Source: a virus (lineage: Duplodnaviria > Caudoviricetes). From it: 27,991 bases of DNA. Under the pieces are notes generated by a model. That model did no database searches and was not told the DNA's origin. It saw only the letters and a program-made list of their open reading frames with translations. Location: IMG/VR virus record IMGVR_UViG_3300018049_000109, positions 1 to 27,991 of that record; one strand, given 5' to 3'. Positions 1 to 15,000 of the stretch are shown one piece after another (within the stretch, counting starts at the first letter, position 1; every line of letters begins with the position of its first letter). The translations under genes and the position numbers were made by a program.

Positions 1-36
1 CAAGTAGTTCAAGTAGTTCAAGCAGTTCAAGCAGTT
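1..36 (+). repeat. 9-bp tandem repeat CAAG(T/C)AGTT x4 encoding poly-Ser
   Basis: caagtagtt caagtagtt caagcagtt caagcagtt read directly; may continue upstream of the window. Confidence 0.9.
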
Positions 37-62
37 CTAGTTCCGGAGGCAGTAGCTACTAA
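1..62 (+). CDS. 3' end of an upstream gene (partial), Ser-rich C-terminus; possibly a baseplate wedge subunit
   Basis: Frame from base 3 reads S14-GGSSY-TAA (TAA 60-62), overlapping the next ATG as TAATG. Product guess rests only on its position before the wedge-like megaprotein. Confidence 0.7.
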   Translation, partial: SSSSSSSSSSSSSSGGSSY

Positions 63-3000
63 TGGCATATGATAACGATCAAAATGAACCAAGATTGCCA
101 GGCGGTGATAAAAGCATAAGACGAAGTAGTGCTAATCATTTACCTAGGTATTTTAGAACTTCATACAATACGAAATTTTTATCTAGCACACTAGATCAAT
201 TAATTCAACCTGGTGTAGCAGAGAAGTTAAATGGTTATGTAGGAAGGAAATCTACAAAAGCATTTCTACCTAGTGATAATTATATAGGAGACATAAGTTC
301 TCAAAGAGAAAATTATCAATTAGAACCAGCAACGATTATTAAGGATAATCTAGGAAATTTAAGTTTTTATAAAGACTATAATGACTATATAAACACTTTA
401 AAAAATCTTGGAGGATCAACTAATAATCATAGCAATTTAAATTCGCAAGAATTTTACAGCTGGAATCCGCATATTGACTGGGATAAATTCACAAACTTTA
501 GAGAATATTATTGGTTGCCAAGCGGACCAGATAGTATAGCAGTAGCAGGTCAAAGCACAGAAGTTGAATCAACTTATACTGTGTCATTAAAAGATAATGC
601 AGATAATTTAACTTATTTGTTTTCACCAGATGGATTAACTAATAATCCTTCTATTACTTTGTATAGAGGACAAAAGTATAAATTTGATGTAGATGTTCCT
701 GGCCATCCTATTGCTTTTGCAACTAGAAAAAGTTGGAAACCTGGTGAAGCAGTTATTGTAGAAACCACTGATGGTGTAAGAAGTGCAGGAGTGTTTGATG
801 CTATTTTGTATGATCAAGATGGCACTGCATACGATGCCGGAGGATTTATAGTTGATCCAGTTTCACAAGGCAGTGTTGAATTAGGTGAAGCAACAAACAC
901 TTCTTTAATTTATGACACTGGTGTAAGCAAAGTTGATGAAGAAGGAAACACAGTTGCAAACGTTTATTTGGAAAAAGGTATTATAGAATTTACAGTACCT
1001 GATGATGCACCGGAAAAGTTATATTATATTTCAAAAAATGATCCTAACGTAAGTGGATTCATTTACATTAGAGATATAGTAGAAAGCACGAGTATAGATG
1101 TAGATAAAGAAATAATAGGTAAAAAAACTTACAAAACAAGTTCTGGATTCGATATATCAAATGGAATGAAACTAAATTTTGTAGGTAATGTCACACCTGA
1201 AAAATATGCCAGCGGAGAATGGTACGTTGAAGGTGTAGGCGACAAAATTAAACTTATACAACAAGAAGATTTAGCAACCAGTGGTGTATTTACGGATAAC
1301 ATTGATGTTGAATTTGACGGACAAGGTTTTGATTTTTATCCTTTTAGTGAAGCACTTGGGTTCCCTGCAAACAAAGATTACATTGTAATCAATAGATCAT
1401 CGGTTGATGGAAACTTATGGAGTAGATACAATAGATGGTTCCATAAGAGTGTAATTGAAAAAACAGCTGAAATAAACCAAACAGTTTCTAACGTAGATCA
1501 AAGTGCAAGAGCAAAACGTCCTATTATTGAGTTTGAAGCAGGAATCAAATTAATTAATTTTGGTACAAAAAGTAAAACAGATGTGGATCTAGTTGACACA
1601 CAAACAAAAGATATATTTTCAACTATTGAAGGTTCAACAGGTTATAACATAGATGGTGTAAACTTATCAAATGGCATGAGAGTGTTGTTCACAGCAGATA
1701 CCGACGAGTTGGTAAAAGGAAAAATATATAAAGTAAACTTCATTAACTTTAGAAACACTGTTCAAATAAGTTTAACAGAAGAAGAAGATTCTACACCGCT
1801 TTTGAACGAAACAGTATTAGTAAAATCTGGAAACACTTACAATGGATCGTTTTTTTACTTTAATGGAAGTGAATGGAAGACAGGTCAAGCTAAAACAGCA
1901 GTCAATCAACAACCTCAGTTTGAAATGTATGATGCTGATGATGTTTCCTTTGTTGATACAACAAAATATGATGCAAGCACATTTACTGGAAATAAAATAT
2001 TTTCATATGAAATAGGAAACGGAAATAATGATACTGAATTAGGCTTTCCTCTAACTTATAGAATAATTGAAAATGTAGGTGATATAACTTTTAACTTTGA
2101 TTTACTAAAAGATAGTTTCAATTATCAAGAAGGAACTACTTTATTAACCAAACCTACTGATAGTGGTTATTTAAGAATATACAGTGATAGAGAAACATAT
2201 GCAAACGAAAATGGTTTTATAACAGCAAACACTGACAGTAATCAAAACGTAATAAAACAATACATTTTTGATAACACTACTAATGATTTTTATATTGATG
2301 TTTATGATGATTTAGTTTTTTCAGATAAGTTATGGCACAGAATATACTTGAATAATGTATTACAAAGAAACAACATTGATTACATATTGAAACAAGATGC
2401 TAACAGTAAAGTTTATGTTAATTTTACTAACAGTTTAAATTTAGATGATGTAATTATTATAAAAACTAGAGCAGACTATCCAAAAAATGAAAACGGATAT
2501 TATGAAATACCTAGTAATTTAGAAAAAAATCCATTAAACGAAAATCTCAGCCAATTTACTTTAGGAGAGGTTAATGACCATGTAGCAACTATAGTAGAAG
2601 AATCTATAAATTTTGATGGTATATTTCCAGGTACAAGTAATTTAAGAGATATAGGAAAAATTACCAATCTTGGACGTAAATTTATAAAAAGTAGTGGACC
2701 AATAAATTTAAGTTTATACCACTTGTTAACTGATGATTCAAACATTGTAAAATCTTTAAGATATGCTAGAAGAGAATACGGCAAATTCAAAAGACAGTTT
2801 TTAGAAGTTGCAAATAAATTAGGTTATGAAGGACCTACAAAACAACATGTAGATTTAATACTTAAGGAAATGAACAAAGATAAAACATCTAGTATGCCTT
2901 TTTATTTTAGTGATATGATTCCACAAGGTGGTTTTATAAGAACTGAACATGTAATTGAAGATACTGATGAACAATTCTTTCCATTAAGCCAAGTATTTTC

Positions 3001-6000
3001 ATTATCAACAGCAAGTATAAAAGCAGTTCAAGTTTACCAAAATGCTACACAATTAATTCATAATAGAGATTATACATTTAATAATGAAGGTTTTGTAGTT
3101 GTCACTGCAACAAAGGCGATAGGCGATAAAATTGAGATATATGAGTATGACAGTACTAATGGTAGTTATATGCCACCTACTCCTACAAAGTTAGGATTAT
3201 ATCCTGCCTACGAACCGCAAATTTATTTAGATACAACAATTACAACACCAGCCAATGTTATAGAAGGTCATGATGGTAGTAAGTTTGTTGCGTTCAATGA
3301 TTTTAGAGATAATCTATTATTAGAATTAGAAAAAAGAATATACAACAATATTAAGGTTTCTTATGATACTAACATTTTAGACATTCATGATTTTGTTGGA
3401 GGATTACACAGAAAAACAAAATTTACAAAACATCAAATTGATAAAAGCATGACACCTGATTTCCTACAATGGAATCAACTAGTTGACGGTGATTATGTAG
3501 TGAATAATACTTTTTCAAGAGATAATCAATTTAGTTTTAATTACGCAAAAACAAATTATCCTACCGGAGAAAAATTACCAGGATTTTGGAGACAGGCATT
3601 TATATATGCATACGATACCGATCGTCCACATACTCATCCATGGGAGATGCTGGGTTTTAATGTAAAACCTAGTTGGTGGGAAACAACATATGGTCCTGCA
3701 CCATATACAAGAAACAACGAAGTTTTGTGGAGTGATTTAGAACAAGGTATTATAAGAGAACCGGACAAGCAGTTAATTATAAAAAGCAAATATGCAAGAC
3801 CAGGACTTACAAATACTATTCCTACTGATGACGAAGGGCAGTTATTATCTCCTGTTGCTTGTAATTTGTCTGCAACTTTTGACGTATCTGCAATTACAGA
3901 TTCTTGGACATATGGCGATGGCGGCCCTGTAGAATCTGCTTGGAGAAGAGGAAGCGAATATCCATTTGCACTTATTACATCTTGGGTATTGAATCAGCCA
4001 AATAAAATATTTTCTGTAGGTTTTGACAGACTTCGCCAAAAGCGCAGCATAGCAAATCAGATTGTGTATGGTGACACTGAAAAACAAATACAATTAGGTA
4101 ATATTGTATTTCCTAATACAATTAACGATGATACACAAGTATTTACAAGTGGACTAGTTAATTATATTTCTAACTACATGGCTAGTGATTCTACAGCGTC
4201 TTATACAAAATATAAATCTAATTTGCAATCTATTATAAATCAAATAGGTGTTAAATTAGGTGGATATTCAGATAAAGAAAAGTTTAAATTTATATTAGAC
4301 AGCAGGACTCCGACTAATGAAGGAAATGTTTTTATTCCTCAGGAAAACTATGAGCTGTTTCTCAATACTAGTAGTCCTTTAGAAAGTATTTCTTATAGTG
4401 GAGTCATTGTAGAAAAACAAGCAGATGGTTATGTTGTCAGAGGATATGATTATGCTGTTCCAGAATTTTCTTATTATAAACCTATACCTCAACAAAATGA
4501 TCCTGTTGTAGTAGTAGGCGGCGTCAGTGAAAATTTTGTAAATTTTTCAAATGAAAAAACTTATGTAGAAGGACAAATAGTTTTATTTAATAATGAATAC
4601 TATCGTGCAACTGAAACACATACATCTGGAACTAGTTTAGATAGTGGTAAGTTTGCTAAATTACCTACACTGCCTATTGTTGGTGGACGCAGAGCAACTT
4701 TCCCAAAAGTTTATGAACAAAACGTTTCCAAATTAAACTATGGAGACAAGCTAACAACAATACAAGATGTTGTTAATTTTTTACTAGGATACGGAAAATA
4801 TTTAACAGATATAGGATTTGTATTTGAAGACCGTATAGACAACTCTAATGTAGTTAGTGATTGGAACGCAAGCACAAGACAGTTTATGTATTGGACTACA
4901 CAAAACTGGAGTGCAGGCGCAATAATTAGTTTAAGTCCTGGGTCTAAAACACTTAAATTGAAATCATCATATTCTGTTGTTGACAATCTTTTCGAAACTT
5001 TTTACGGTTATAGTATTTTAAAAGTTGATGGTAAAAAATTAAAACCAGAATTTGTTAAAATACAAAAAGGTTTAGACAACGAATGTATTGTAAAAGCAGT
5101 CAATACAGCTGACGGTATATTTGCCGCACGTTTTCCATTAGTGCAAAAAGAGCATATTGCCTTACTTGACAACAAAACTGTGTTTGGAGATGTAATATAT
5201 GATACTGCTCCTGGTTATAGACAGGAAAGAATAAAAGTTTTAGGATACAGAACTGATAACTGGAATGGTAGTCTAAACATACCTGGCTTTATATATGATA
5301 ACGCAAGGCCTACGGAATGGGAGTCTTGGAAAGATTATGCAATTGGTGATCTTGTAAAATATAAAGAGTTTTTCTACAGCGCAAATGAAAAAATCGCAGG
5401 TAGCGAAAACTTTATTGCCAACCAATGGGTAAGGTTAAGTGAAGAACCAAAACCAGGACTTTATGCAAACTTTGATTACAAAATTAATCAATTCGCTGAT
5501 TATTATGATCTCGATAGCGATAATTTTGATGTAGAACAACAAAGACTTGCCCAACATTTAATAGGGTATCAAAAACGTCAATACTTAGAAAATATTATAA
5601 ATGACGATGTTAGCCAGTATAAGTTTTATCAAGGATTTATTCTAGACAAAGGTACAAAAAATTCACTTACAAAACTTTTTGATGCTCTAGCTAGTGCTAA
5701 TCAAGATAGTTTAGAATTTTATGAAGAATGGGCAATTAAAGATGGCCAATATGGTGCTAGTGAAGGTTTTGAAGAAGTAGAATACTTATTAGATGAAAAA
5801 CAATTTAGATTAGATCCTCAACCAATTGAACTAGTTGATCAAAAAACTTCAGCAACTGATTTAGTATATAGAATTTTACCTTATGAAACATATTTAAAAT
5901 CAAAAGATTATGATCACAAACCTTTTCCAACAAAATATATTGCAAAAGGTTATACAAAAGATAGTGGTTATGTAAATCCCCAAGATATTGATGCAAGAAT

Positions 6001-9000
6001 AGGATCGTATAATGATATCCTATCACAAGACTTTACAACACTGCCTAACCAAGGTTATGTATGGGTTGGTAATGTTAATGAAACTTGGAATGTATATCAG
6101 CATGTAGCTACGGACTACAAAATAGAATCAATAGAAAGTGGTACTGGTGAATTTACAATACTGCTTGGATCAACACCATTAGATATTGACACAGGTGAAA
6201 TATTAGGAATAACTGATGTAATTACAACTAGTTTTGATGCTGCGAGTCCTGATGATAGTACAGTGCAAATAACACAAACAGAAAATCCGTTGCAAGGATT
6301 TTTTAAGGTTAAAAGTGTATCTCTTAATAAAGTTGTATTTGAGACGAATGAAAATATAGCAGAAATTGAAAATTGTACAGGTGTGTTAACAAAATTTATT
6401 TCCTGCAGAAAAACAGATATTATAGATGCAAATAAATTTGCAGAAAAAGAAATGGATCCTGGTGAAAAACTATGGATAGACAATGATGGTTCAGGACGTT
6501 GGGTAGTTTTACAAAATCAAAATAGATATACAGAACTTCAAGAGATTAGTAATACAGAATTAGGTACAGGACATGAGTATGGTAAAAGTTTATCTGTTGA
6601 TGATAGGAATGTATTACTAGCAGTAGGTGCACCTGAAGTTGATGACGGAAAAGTTTACATTTATAACAGAGCATCTAATAGTTTAAATTACACATTACAA
6701 CAAGTTATAGAAGCAGACACAAGTATAGCAGACTCAGGTCAAAACTTTGGAGCAAGTGTAAGTCTAAGTGGAGATGGGCAGTTCTTGTTAGTAGGTGCTC
6801 CTAAAGCATCTAATGTAAAAACTAATTTCAAAGGAGACTTTGATTCTACACAGTCTTTTGCGGCAGGAGATATAGTTAGAGAAGATGACAGTTTATGGTC
6901 AGCAGATGTTGCAATTGAAAGAGCTGTTGATAATATAGAATTTTCTTCTTTTGATAGTGTTGCACAAATTAATTATCAAATCAACAATGATACAGTTGAC
7001 AGAGAAGATATTCCGGTACTTTTAACAGGTGATTATCCTTTCAAAAATATTACTACAGATCACTTTTTAATAAGAGCACCTAAGGATATGTATGAAGGAT
7101 CAGGAGTAGGTGATCAAATTTATCTACGTTGGAACAATTTGTCAAACGCAAATCAAGATCAAATAGATCTAGTTAGTACATCTCCATTTGGTGGTTCAAA
7201 TCCTTATATAACAAAAGAATATTTAGAAAGTGCAGATACACATACAATAGATATAAAAGTTGACGCTATTTTATTTGTAGACGCATCCAACAACATACCG
7301 TTAGTTGGCGACACTGTGACTACACAAGGTGCGACAGGTACAGTTGTTTATACACATAACGAAGAAGCACAACTTACAATATATGTAGGAAGTGTAAACG
7401 GCGAATTCCCAAGTGAAAACAGTTTGTTTATTAATGGAAATGATTTTGTTGGTGAGTATGAAAGAGTAGGTCCGGCAGAAACTATAGACACATCAAGTGT
7501 ATATGGCGGATATTGGTTTATAAGAACAAGTAATCCTTATCCTATCGGCAATGTTAACAACGATCCAGCATACGGACTTGTGTACAAAGATATTATCACT
7601 GCAATTACAGGCGGCGATAGCACTAGCAGCACAAGATACTATTATCAGAGTTTAGATTACAGTACTTCTTTACAGAACAGTGAATCTGTTATAAACAGCT
7701 ATATACAATCTTTAAGTTTTGAGGGTTCTCCGGGACCTGAAGGCAACACCGATCCAATATTAAGTTCTAAATTTGTTGTTAGAGTACCTGAAGCACTTAG
7801 TAGTGTTAGCTCTCCAGGGGATGAAGTAGAACTATATGTTAATAATTTGCCAGATATAACAACAACTTTAGAATTTACAGGACTTGTTTCTTTAGGTGAA
7901 GGTGAAACTCTTACACAATTAGTGACCGGTGCAACATGTATCACAGTTGAAAGTGTCACAAATTCAACTACTGTCAAAGTACAACGTGTCACAGGTAATT
8001 TTGATACTATCAATTTAATTACTGCAAGTAGTTCGGGCACACTTGCTTCTACTTTAGGCGGCATACCTGTCACAGATAAACTAGAAGATCCTAGTTCAAT
8101 AAACCTTGCTTACAGTATCACTAACAAGAAACACACAATTGACGATATATGGGACGGATATATTGCATATAGAAATACAAAATTTTTAAATGGTGAACCA
8201 TTTGAACCATTGGTAGGACAAACTGTAAGAGATAAGTCTACACTTGCTACAGCAGAAGTTGCATTTTATCAAAGAAGTTTAAATGATGTTGTTATATTTG
8301 TAAAAAATGTAAGTGGTAATTTTAGCAAAGGTAATCAGTTTGGTGACAATGCAGAAATAGAATTTTTACCTTTTATTTCTGGGCCTGATCCTGATGTATA
8401 TGGTAGAGCAGGAATATATACTGTTCCTCGTGTAATGGGACAAATACAAAGAGTGAGTTTAGGTTATACTTCTCAAGGTATAGGAAAACTATTTGTATTT
8501 GATGCTGGAATAAATGTTCCGTATACTGGAGGTAGTTTCTTGTTCGATCACCAATTAGGTGCTAAAAAAGTCACAAATATTTTAACAGGAGACTTTTTAT
8601 ACTTAGAGCCAGATAACAATTTTGAGTATTGGTTGTACAAAGAAGAAAATGTTTTAGGTATTCCAAGACCAGCTAATAGACCTAGTAGTAGTAATCTTGA
8701 TTGGACTGAAACTTTCAAAATACCTACTAGTGGATCTGGAGATGTAGGATCATTTACTAATGAAGGTATCTATTACATTTACAGAAGAACGTTGGCAGGT
8801 AATTTCCTAAGTTTAGGCAGCTATGTTGCACCTGAAAGAAAAACAAATAATTATGTAGGACAAAATGTTCATATTGCAAAATCTACTCAAGATGTTTATA
8901 GAGGTTATGTTCATGCACCTGGTGATGGCACACAGGTTAATCCTGGCAAGATTTATTTTATTAAAAACGGAACTGAAAACAATGTTTTGTTTAATTGGGA

Positions 9001-12000
9001 ATATGCAAAAAATAAAAAATTTAAAGGTGAGTTTAGTGATGAAAAAACTTATTTTATAGGTGATATAGTTTATCTAGATAATAAGTTATACAATGCAATA
9101 ACAAATATAAATCCAGGATCATTTGATACTAACCAATGGGATAGCACAGATGATTTAATAGATTATGTAGGCTACGTGCCTAATGATACAGGCTTAATAG
9201 TTCAAAACGATAGTTCTTATAGTGCAGAGAATCCATTTGATTCAACACAAATAGCTAGTGGCGACAGTTCTGTCTTGGATCAAGGTAGTCTATACGAGTT
9301 TGCATCTAGTTTTGATACCACACCAAATGGAGAAGTTTTAGTTGTAAATGCAAAATACGGCAATGACAAACCTAACCTTGCTGTTATTTACAGGATAATA
9401 CAAGGCCAATATTTACGTAGTCAACAGATTGCTGCTCCTAGCGATACAGAGGCATTTGCAGAAAAAGTAGCAATTAGTAATGATGGAAAATTATTAGCTG
9501 TATCTGCTCCTTACGATGATAGTCAAAAAACAAACCAAGGTAAAGTTTACATATATTCTTTAAACAACGGACTATTTGAATATAGTCAAACATTGTTAAG
9601 TCCTCTAGATAATAAGAATGAGCTTTTTGGATCAGTAATTGATTTTGACGGCAATAGATTACTTGTAAATGCAAGAAACGGTGATAATACAGAAACTACT
9701 ACTTTTGATTTTTACAGTGGTAGAAAAGAAGGATATGTTTTAGATGCAACATCGAATCCTAATTCAGTATCAACTACATTTGATAAAGAATTTACCAAGT
9801 TCAAAGAAAACTTTATTGATCAAGGAAGTTTATATATCTACGAAAACGTAAACGGAAATTTACTGTACGGGCAACAATTATTTTACAAAAATGAAAATAG
9901 TCCTGTATACTACTTTGGTAGAAACACAGTATTAAAAAATAATCATGTTTATGTAGGATTACCAACTGTATCGAGCAATAGTTTGTTTACAGGTACAGTT
10001 GTAGACTTTAGATTACCTGAAAGATCAAACATATACAACAGACTGAGAGAATCTAAAGATCCTGTAAACCTAGAAAAAATTAAACGTGTTATATTATACA
10101 ATAGAAAAACTAACAAGTTATTAACTTACTTAGATTATATTGATCCTATACAAGGTAAAATAGCAGGACCAGCAGAGCAAAATCTTAGTTATAAAACTTA
10201 TTATGATCCTGCATCTTACACTGTAGGAACAGGAAGCGTTGTTGTAAGTCCTACTAACTCTTGGGGACCTGCACAAGTAGGACAACTTTGGTGGAATCTA
10301 ACTAATGCCAAATTTATAAATCCTTACCAAGGAAATTCTATTTACAGTTCAAATAATTGGAGCTCATTGTTTGACGGAAATACAATTGATGTTTATGAAT
10401 GGGTTGAATCAACAGTTCTTCCGAGTAAATGGGATCAAGTCCAAAGCACAAGTGAAACTTTAGATAGAGGTATCTCTGGAACAAGTTTATATGGTGATAC
10501 AGCATATGCAACCAAGCAAGTTTATGATAAAGTAAGTCAATCTTTACAAACCTACTATTACTTTTGGGTGAAAAATAAAAAAACAATACCTAATAAAGAA
10601 TTTAGAACAATGAGTAGTTTTGATGTTGCGAATCTTATAAGTGATCCAAAAGCACAAGGGTACAGATTTGCTGCATTTTTAAGTAATAATAGTTTTACAA
10701 TTTATAATTGTGATAATTTACTATCAGACGATGATGTAGCATTTAGTGTTCAATATTGGACAATTGATAACCAACAGATAAACATCCATAATCAATATCA
10801 AATTATAACTGAAGGGTTGTCAACAAGTAAACCTAATAGAGATATTGAACGTAAATGGTTTGATAGTTTAATTGGTTATGATGAACAAAATAAAATAGTT
10901 CCTGCACCTGACTTATCACCTAAACAAAAATACGGTATACTTAATAGTCCTAGACAAAGTTGGTTTGTCAACAAGCAAGAAGCATTAAAACAAGTTATAG
11001 AAAGAGCTAACATTGTTCTTAAAAAGAATTTAATAGTTGATGATAAAAGTTTATTAAAATTACAACTTGAAGATCCAGCACCAACTGCAATTTCTAGAAA
11101 GTATGACACTACTGTAGAAACAGTTGCAGAACTTGAATTTATTGGAGTTGCAAAAGCTCAACAAGCATCGGTCCAACTAGTAATAGAAGATGGTGTTATA
11201 AAAGACATTAATGTATTAAATGCAGGTAGAGGATATCTTGTAGCACCAACATACACAATCAACGGCACAGGATCAGGTGCTGAAATTGAATTTACAATTA
11301 ATAACCTTGGTGTTATAACTAGTGCAACAGTTGTTAAAGGTGGATCTAACTACAGTCCTACAGATACTATCACTGTAAGAAAATATACTGTCCTTGTAAA
11401 AAATGACACATCTATTCAAGGCAAGTGGGCATTGTATGAGAGAGATAGTGATTTAAGATCTTGGCTTAGAATTGCCAGCCAGTCATATGATGTTAAACTA
11501 TTCTGGGAATATGTTGATTGGTATGCTGAAAACTTTAATGAATTTACAGAAACAAATTTTGTAATAGACAATGCATACGAATTACAAGGTTTAGATGACG
11601 AACTTGGCGATATTATTAAAATTAATTCAATTGGTTCCGGCGGCTGGTTGTTATTGCGTAAAATTGATGTCAGAGAAGATGTAGATTATACCGTAAACTA
11701 TGAAACTATAGGTAGACAAAATGGTACTATACAATTTAAAAACACTTTGTATGATACTCAAGCAAGTGCAACAGGCTTTGATATTATAAGTTTTGATACA
11801 GAATTTTTTGATAGTGTTCCTTCTATAGAAATAAGACAAATACTAAATGCAATTAAACAAGATTTGTTTACAGAAGAACTTTCTATAGAATATAATAATC
11901 TATTCTTTGCTAGTTTAAGATATGTGTTTGCTGAACAAGGATATGTAGATTGGGCATTTAAGACAAGTTTTGTAAAAGCAAAACATAACGTTGGTCAACT

Positions 12001-15000
12001 TAGAGAAGATATTACCTTCAATAATGATAGTTTACCTAGTTATGAAGATTATTTAGAAGAAGTAAAACCGTTCAAAACAAAACTAAGAGAATATATAAGT
12101 GCTTATGAAAAAATAGAAGACAGCAATAGTAGAATTACTGATTTTGATTTACAACCTAGTTTTGATGATGATACAAAAAGTATCAAACCGCAAGATGTAA
12201 AAGTTGTAAACAACAATCTAATAGGAGTTAATGATAAACTAGAAACTTATCCATTCAAAAATTGGAAAGATAATGTAGGATTTATTGTTAAGGAAATACA
12301 AATTGCAGACGGTGGCAAGGCTTACACACAAGCACCTCAAATATTACTTACAGGCGGTGGAGGATCCGGCGCAACAGCCATTTCAAAACTTGGTGCAGAT
12401 GGAAAAATTACTAAAATAGAAATAACCAATCCAGGAAGCGGGTATTTGAGTGCTCCATTAATAACAATCAATGGCACACTAGGAGAAGGCGGAAGAGATG
12501 CAAAGTGCAGTGTAATAATAGGCAATAGTTTACCAAGGTCATTGTTAAATGTAATTAAATTTGATAGGGTGTCAGGAAATTATTTAATTACATATCTTGA
12601 AGAGGCAGAAACGTTTATCGGCACAGGATCAAGATACGTTTTTGATTTAAAATGGCCTATGGATTTACAAAGCACACAAGTTGAAGTAGTAGTTGATAAT
12701 GTAGTGCTACTGCGTAGTGAATATTCGTATGAAAATGTAAAAGACACATCTAAAACATACACTAGGTACAACGGTAGAATTATATTACGCACACCTCCAT
12801 CTAACAACACATCAGTTCAAGTCAATTATAAGAAAGCAGTAAGTTTGTTAACAGCCCAGGATAGAATAAATCTTGCGTATAATCCTAGCACGGGACAATT
12901 TGCAAAAGATTTAGGTCAATTAATGGATGGTGTTGATTACGGCGGAGTAGAAGTTAAAAGTTTTGATTTCGGCGGACCAACTGGCTGGGATACAGGTCCG
13001 TGGTTTACAAGTGAATACGATACATATGATACTACCTACGAAGATGAAGTTTTTAAATTAGATGGAAGCACAATTACACTTACTTTGAACAAACCTTTAG
13101 AAAGTGGTGTCACATATAATCTTTATAAAAATGGCGTTAGATTAGATGATCCAGATTGGGTAGACGATAGCACTCAATTTACAAACCCTAATGCAATCAT
13201 GCGTTCTATAATAGGTGACGGAACACAAACAGTTATTGAATTAGATGAGCTTGGAATTCCAACAGCTGCAGATGATGAAATTGTAATACGTAAATCTACT
13301 AGTGATGGTAGCTTTTTACCACTGCCAGGAACTTACGATACTTTGATTGAAGGCGGCGGCTTGCAGTATGATACAGCACAAGGAATATTAGCCGAAGAAA
13401 TTAATATTGATGGAGATGGTTTCTTTACACCTACAAATAGTGGCGGCCCAGATGAACAACTTCCTGGAAGAGTATTTGACGCGGTTGACATAAAAGTATA
13501 TGAAAGACCAACTACAGGTGCAAGTAAAGTTGTGTCGAGAAACTATACAGGCGATGGATCAACAAAATCTTTTGCAATTGGTACTAAACCTGTCACCAAA
13601 GAAAACTTATTTGTCAAAGTAGATTTTAGTATTAAAAAATTAGAAACAGATTATACAATAAACTATGACACAGAAGAAGTCGAATTTACTACTGCTCCAG
13701 TAGCTGGCACAAAAGTTAATTTTGTCACATTAGAATACAGTGGCGCAAATGTTTTAGATATAGACGAATTTATAGGAGATGGATCTACAGGTGACTTCCT
13801 AACAAATGTGACATACACAAACGATATGAGTAGTTTAGTCACAATTGATGGTGAAACAGTTGCCCATACACTTGTAAGAAGTAATGAAACATACGCATCT
13901 GCAGATAGAGTAGTAATAAGATTTGCAGAACCACCTGCTTTAGACAAAGTTGTTAGATTTGCTATTTTTGAAGGTCAAGTGCAAAACTTTAGCACAGTAT
14001 CAATTGATGAGTTCGAAAGCGACGGAAGCACCACTGCTTATACCTTAACACAAACTCCTTTCACAGCAAATCCTACAGAATGGTTTACTATTGTTAAGAT
14101 AAATGATACTATCTTAAATGCGGGATACAATCAAAAATTTACTGTGTCAGATATTAGAGAATATCAATTAAAATTATGGCAAGTGCCTGTAGGATCTGTC
14201 ACTAGTGATCAAATTAGAGTTTACTTAAATGGAAATGAACTTACATATCTACAAGATTTTGATTTATTAGGAGCTGGTCAGTTTGATCCAGCACTTCCTT
14301 TAGGACAACAATCAGGTAGTACAGTTATATTAAACCAAGGTATAGGTGAATCAGGAGACATACTTCGTGTATATATTTTAGGTTGGGACGATAGTACTCA
14401 AAGTGGTGGTGATTACAGATTTGGTTATTACAATGAATCAAATGAATTTGTAAAAACACCAGGTGTACTTTATATTAATAAAAATTATGCACTTGGTGAT
14501 AAAATTACGGTTTATCAGTTTAGTAATCATGATAGTCAAGGAATTGAAAGACAAAACTTTGATGTAGTTGAAAGAACCACTTTATCACCAGGAGTAAACA
14601 CAGGAAGCCAAATATTTGTAATAGATGGAAGTACAACAGATTTAAATCTTTTACCTGCACTTGATCCTAACAAATCTTATGCAGTATTCTTAAATAATGT
14701 CAGAAAAGATGATCCTAATTTTGATGGTAGTTCTCCAGTAGCAAATGTAAATGCAACCTGTAAAACAATCACAGGATCAAGCGCAAGCACAGTTAATATA
14801 TTAGACGATTTTGGATTTACTACATCTACTGACGATGTAGTAGAAATAAGAGAAATAGGTGGAACAATTGAACCAGATGAAGGTACTGCTGATTGGTATG
14901 AGTTAAGACAACTTAAAGCAGGTTATATAAATCTTAGAACTCCGGCGGTAGACGACCAGTATGTTTGGGTAGTTAAAAATGGAAATCTACTCAATGCGTC

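Noticed and set aside
1-36. Repeat as CRISPR array or iteron
   Set aside because: Contiguous 9-mers with no spacers, explained by poly-Ser coding.
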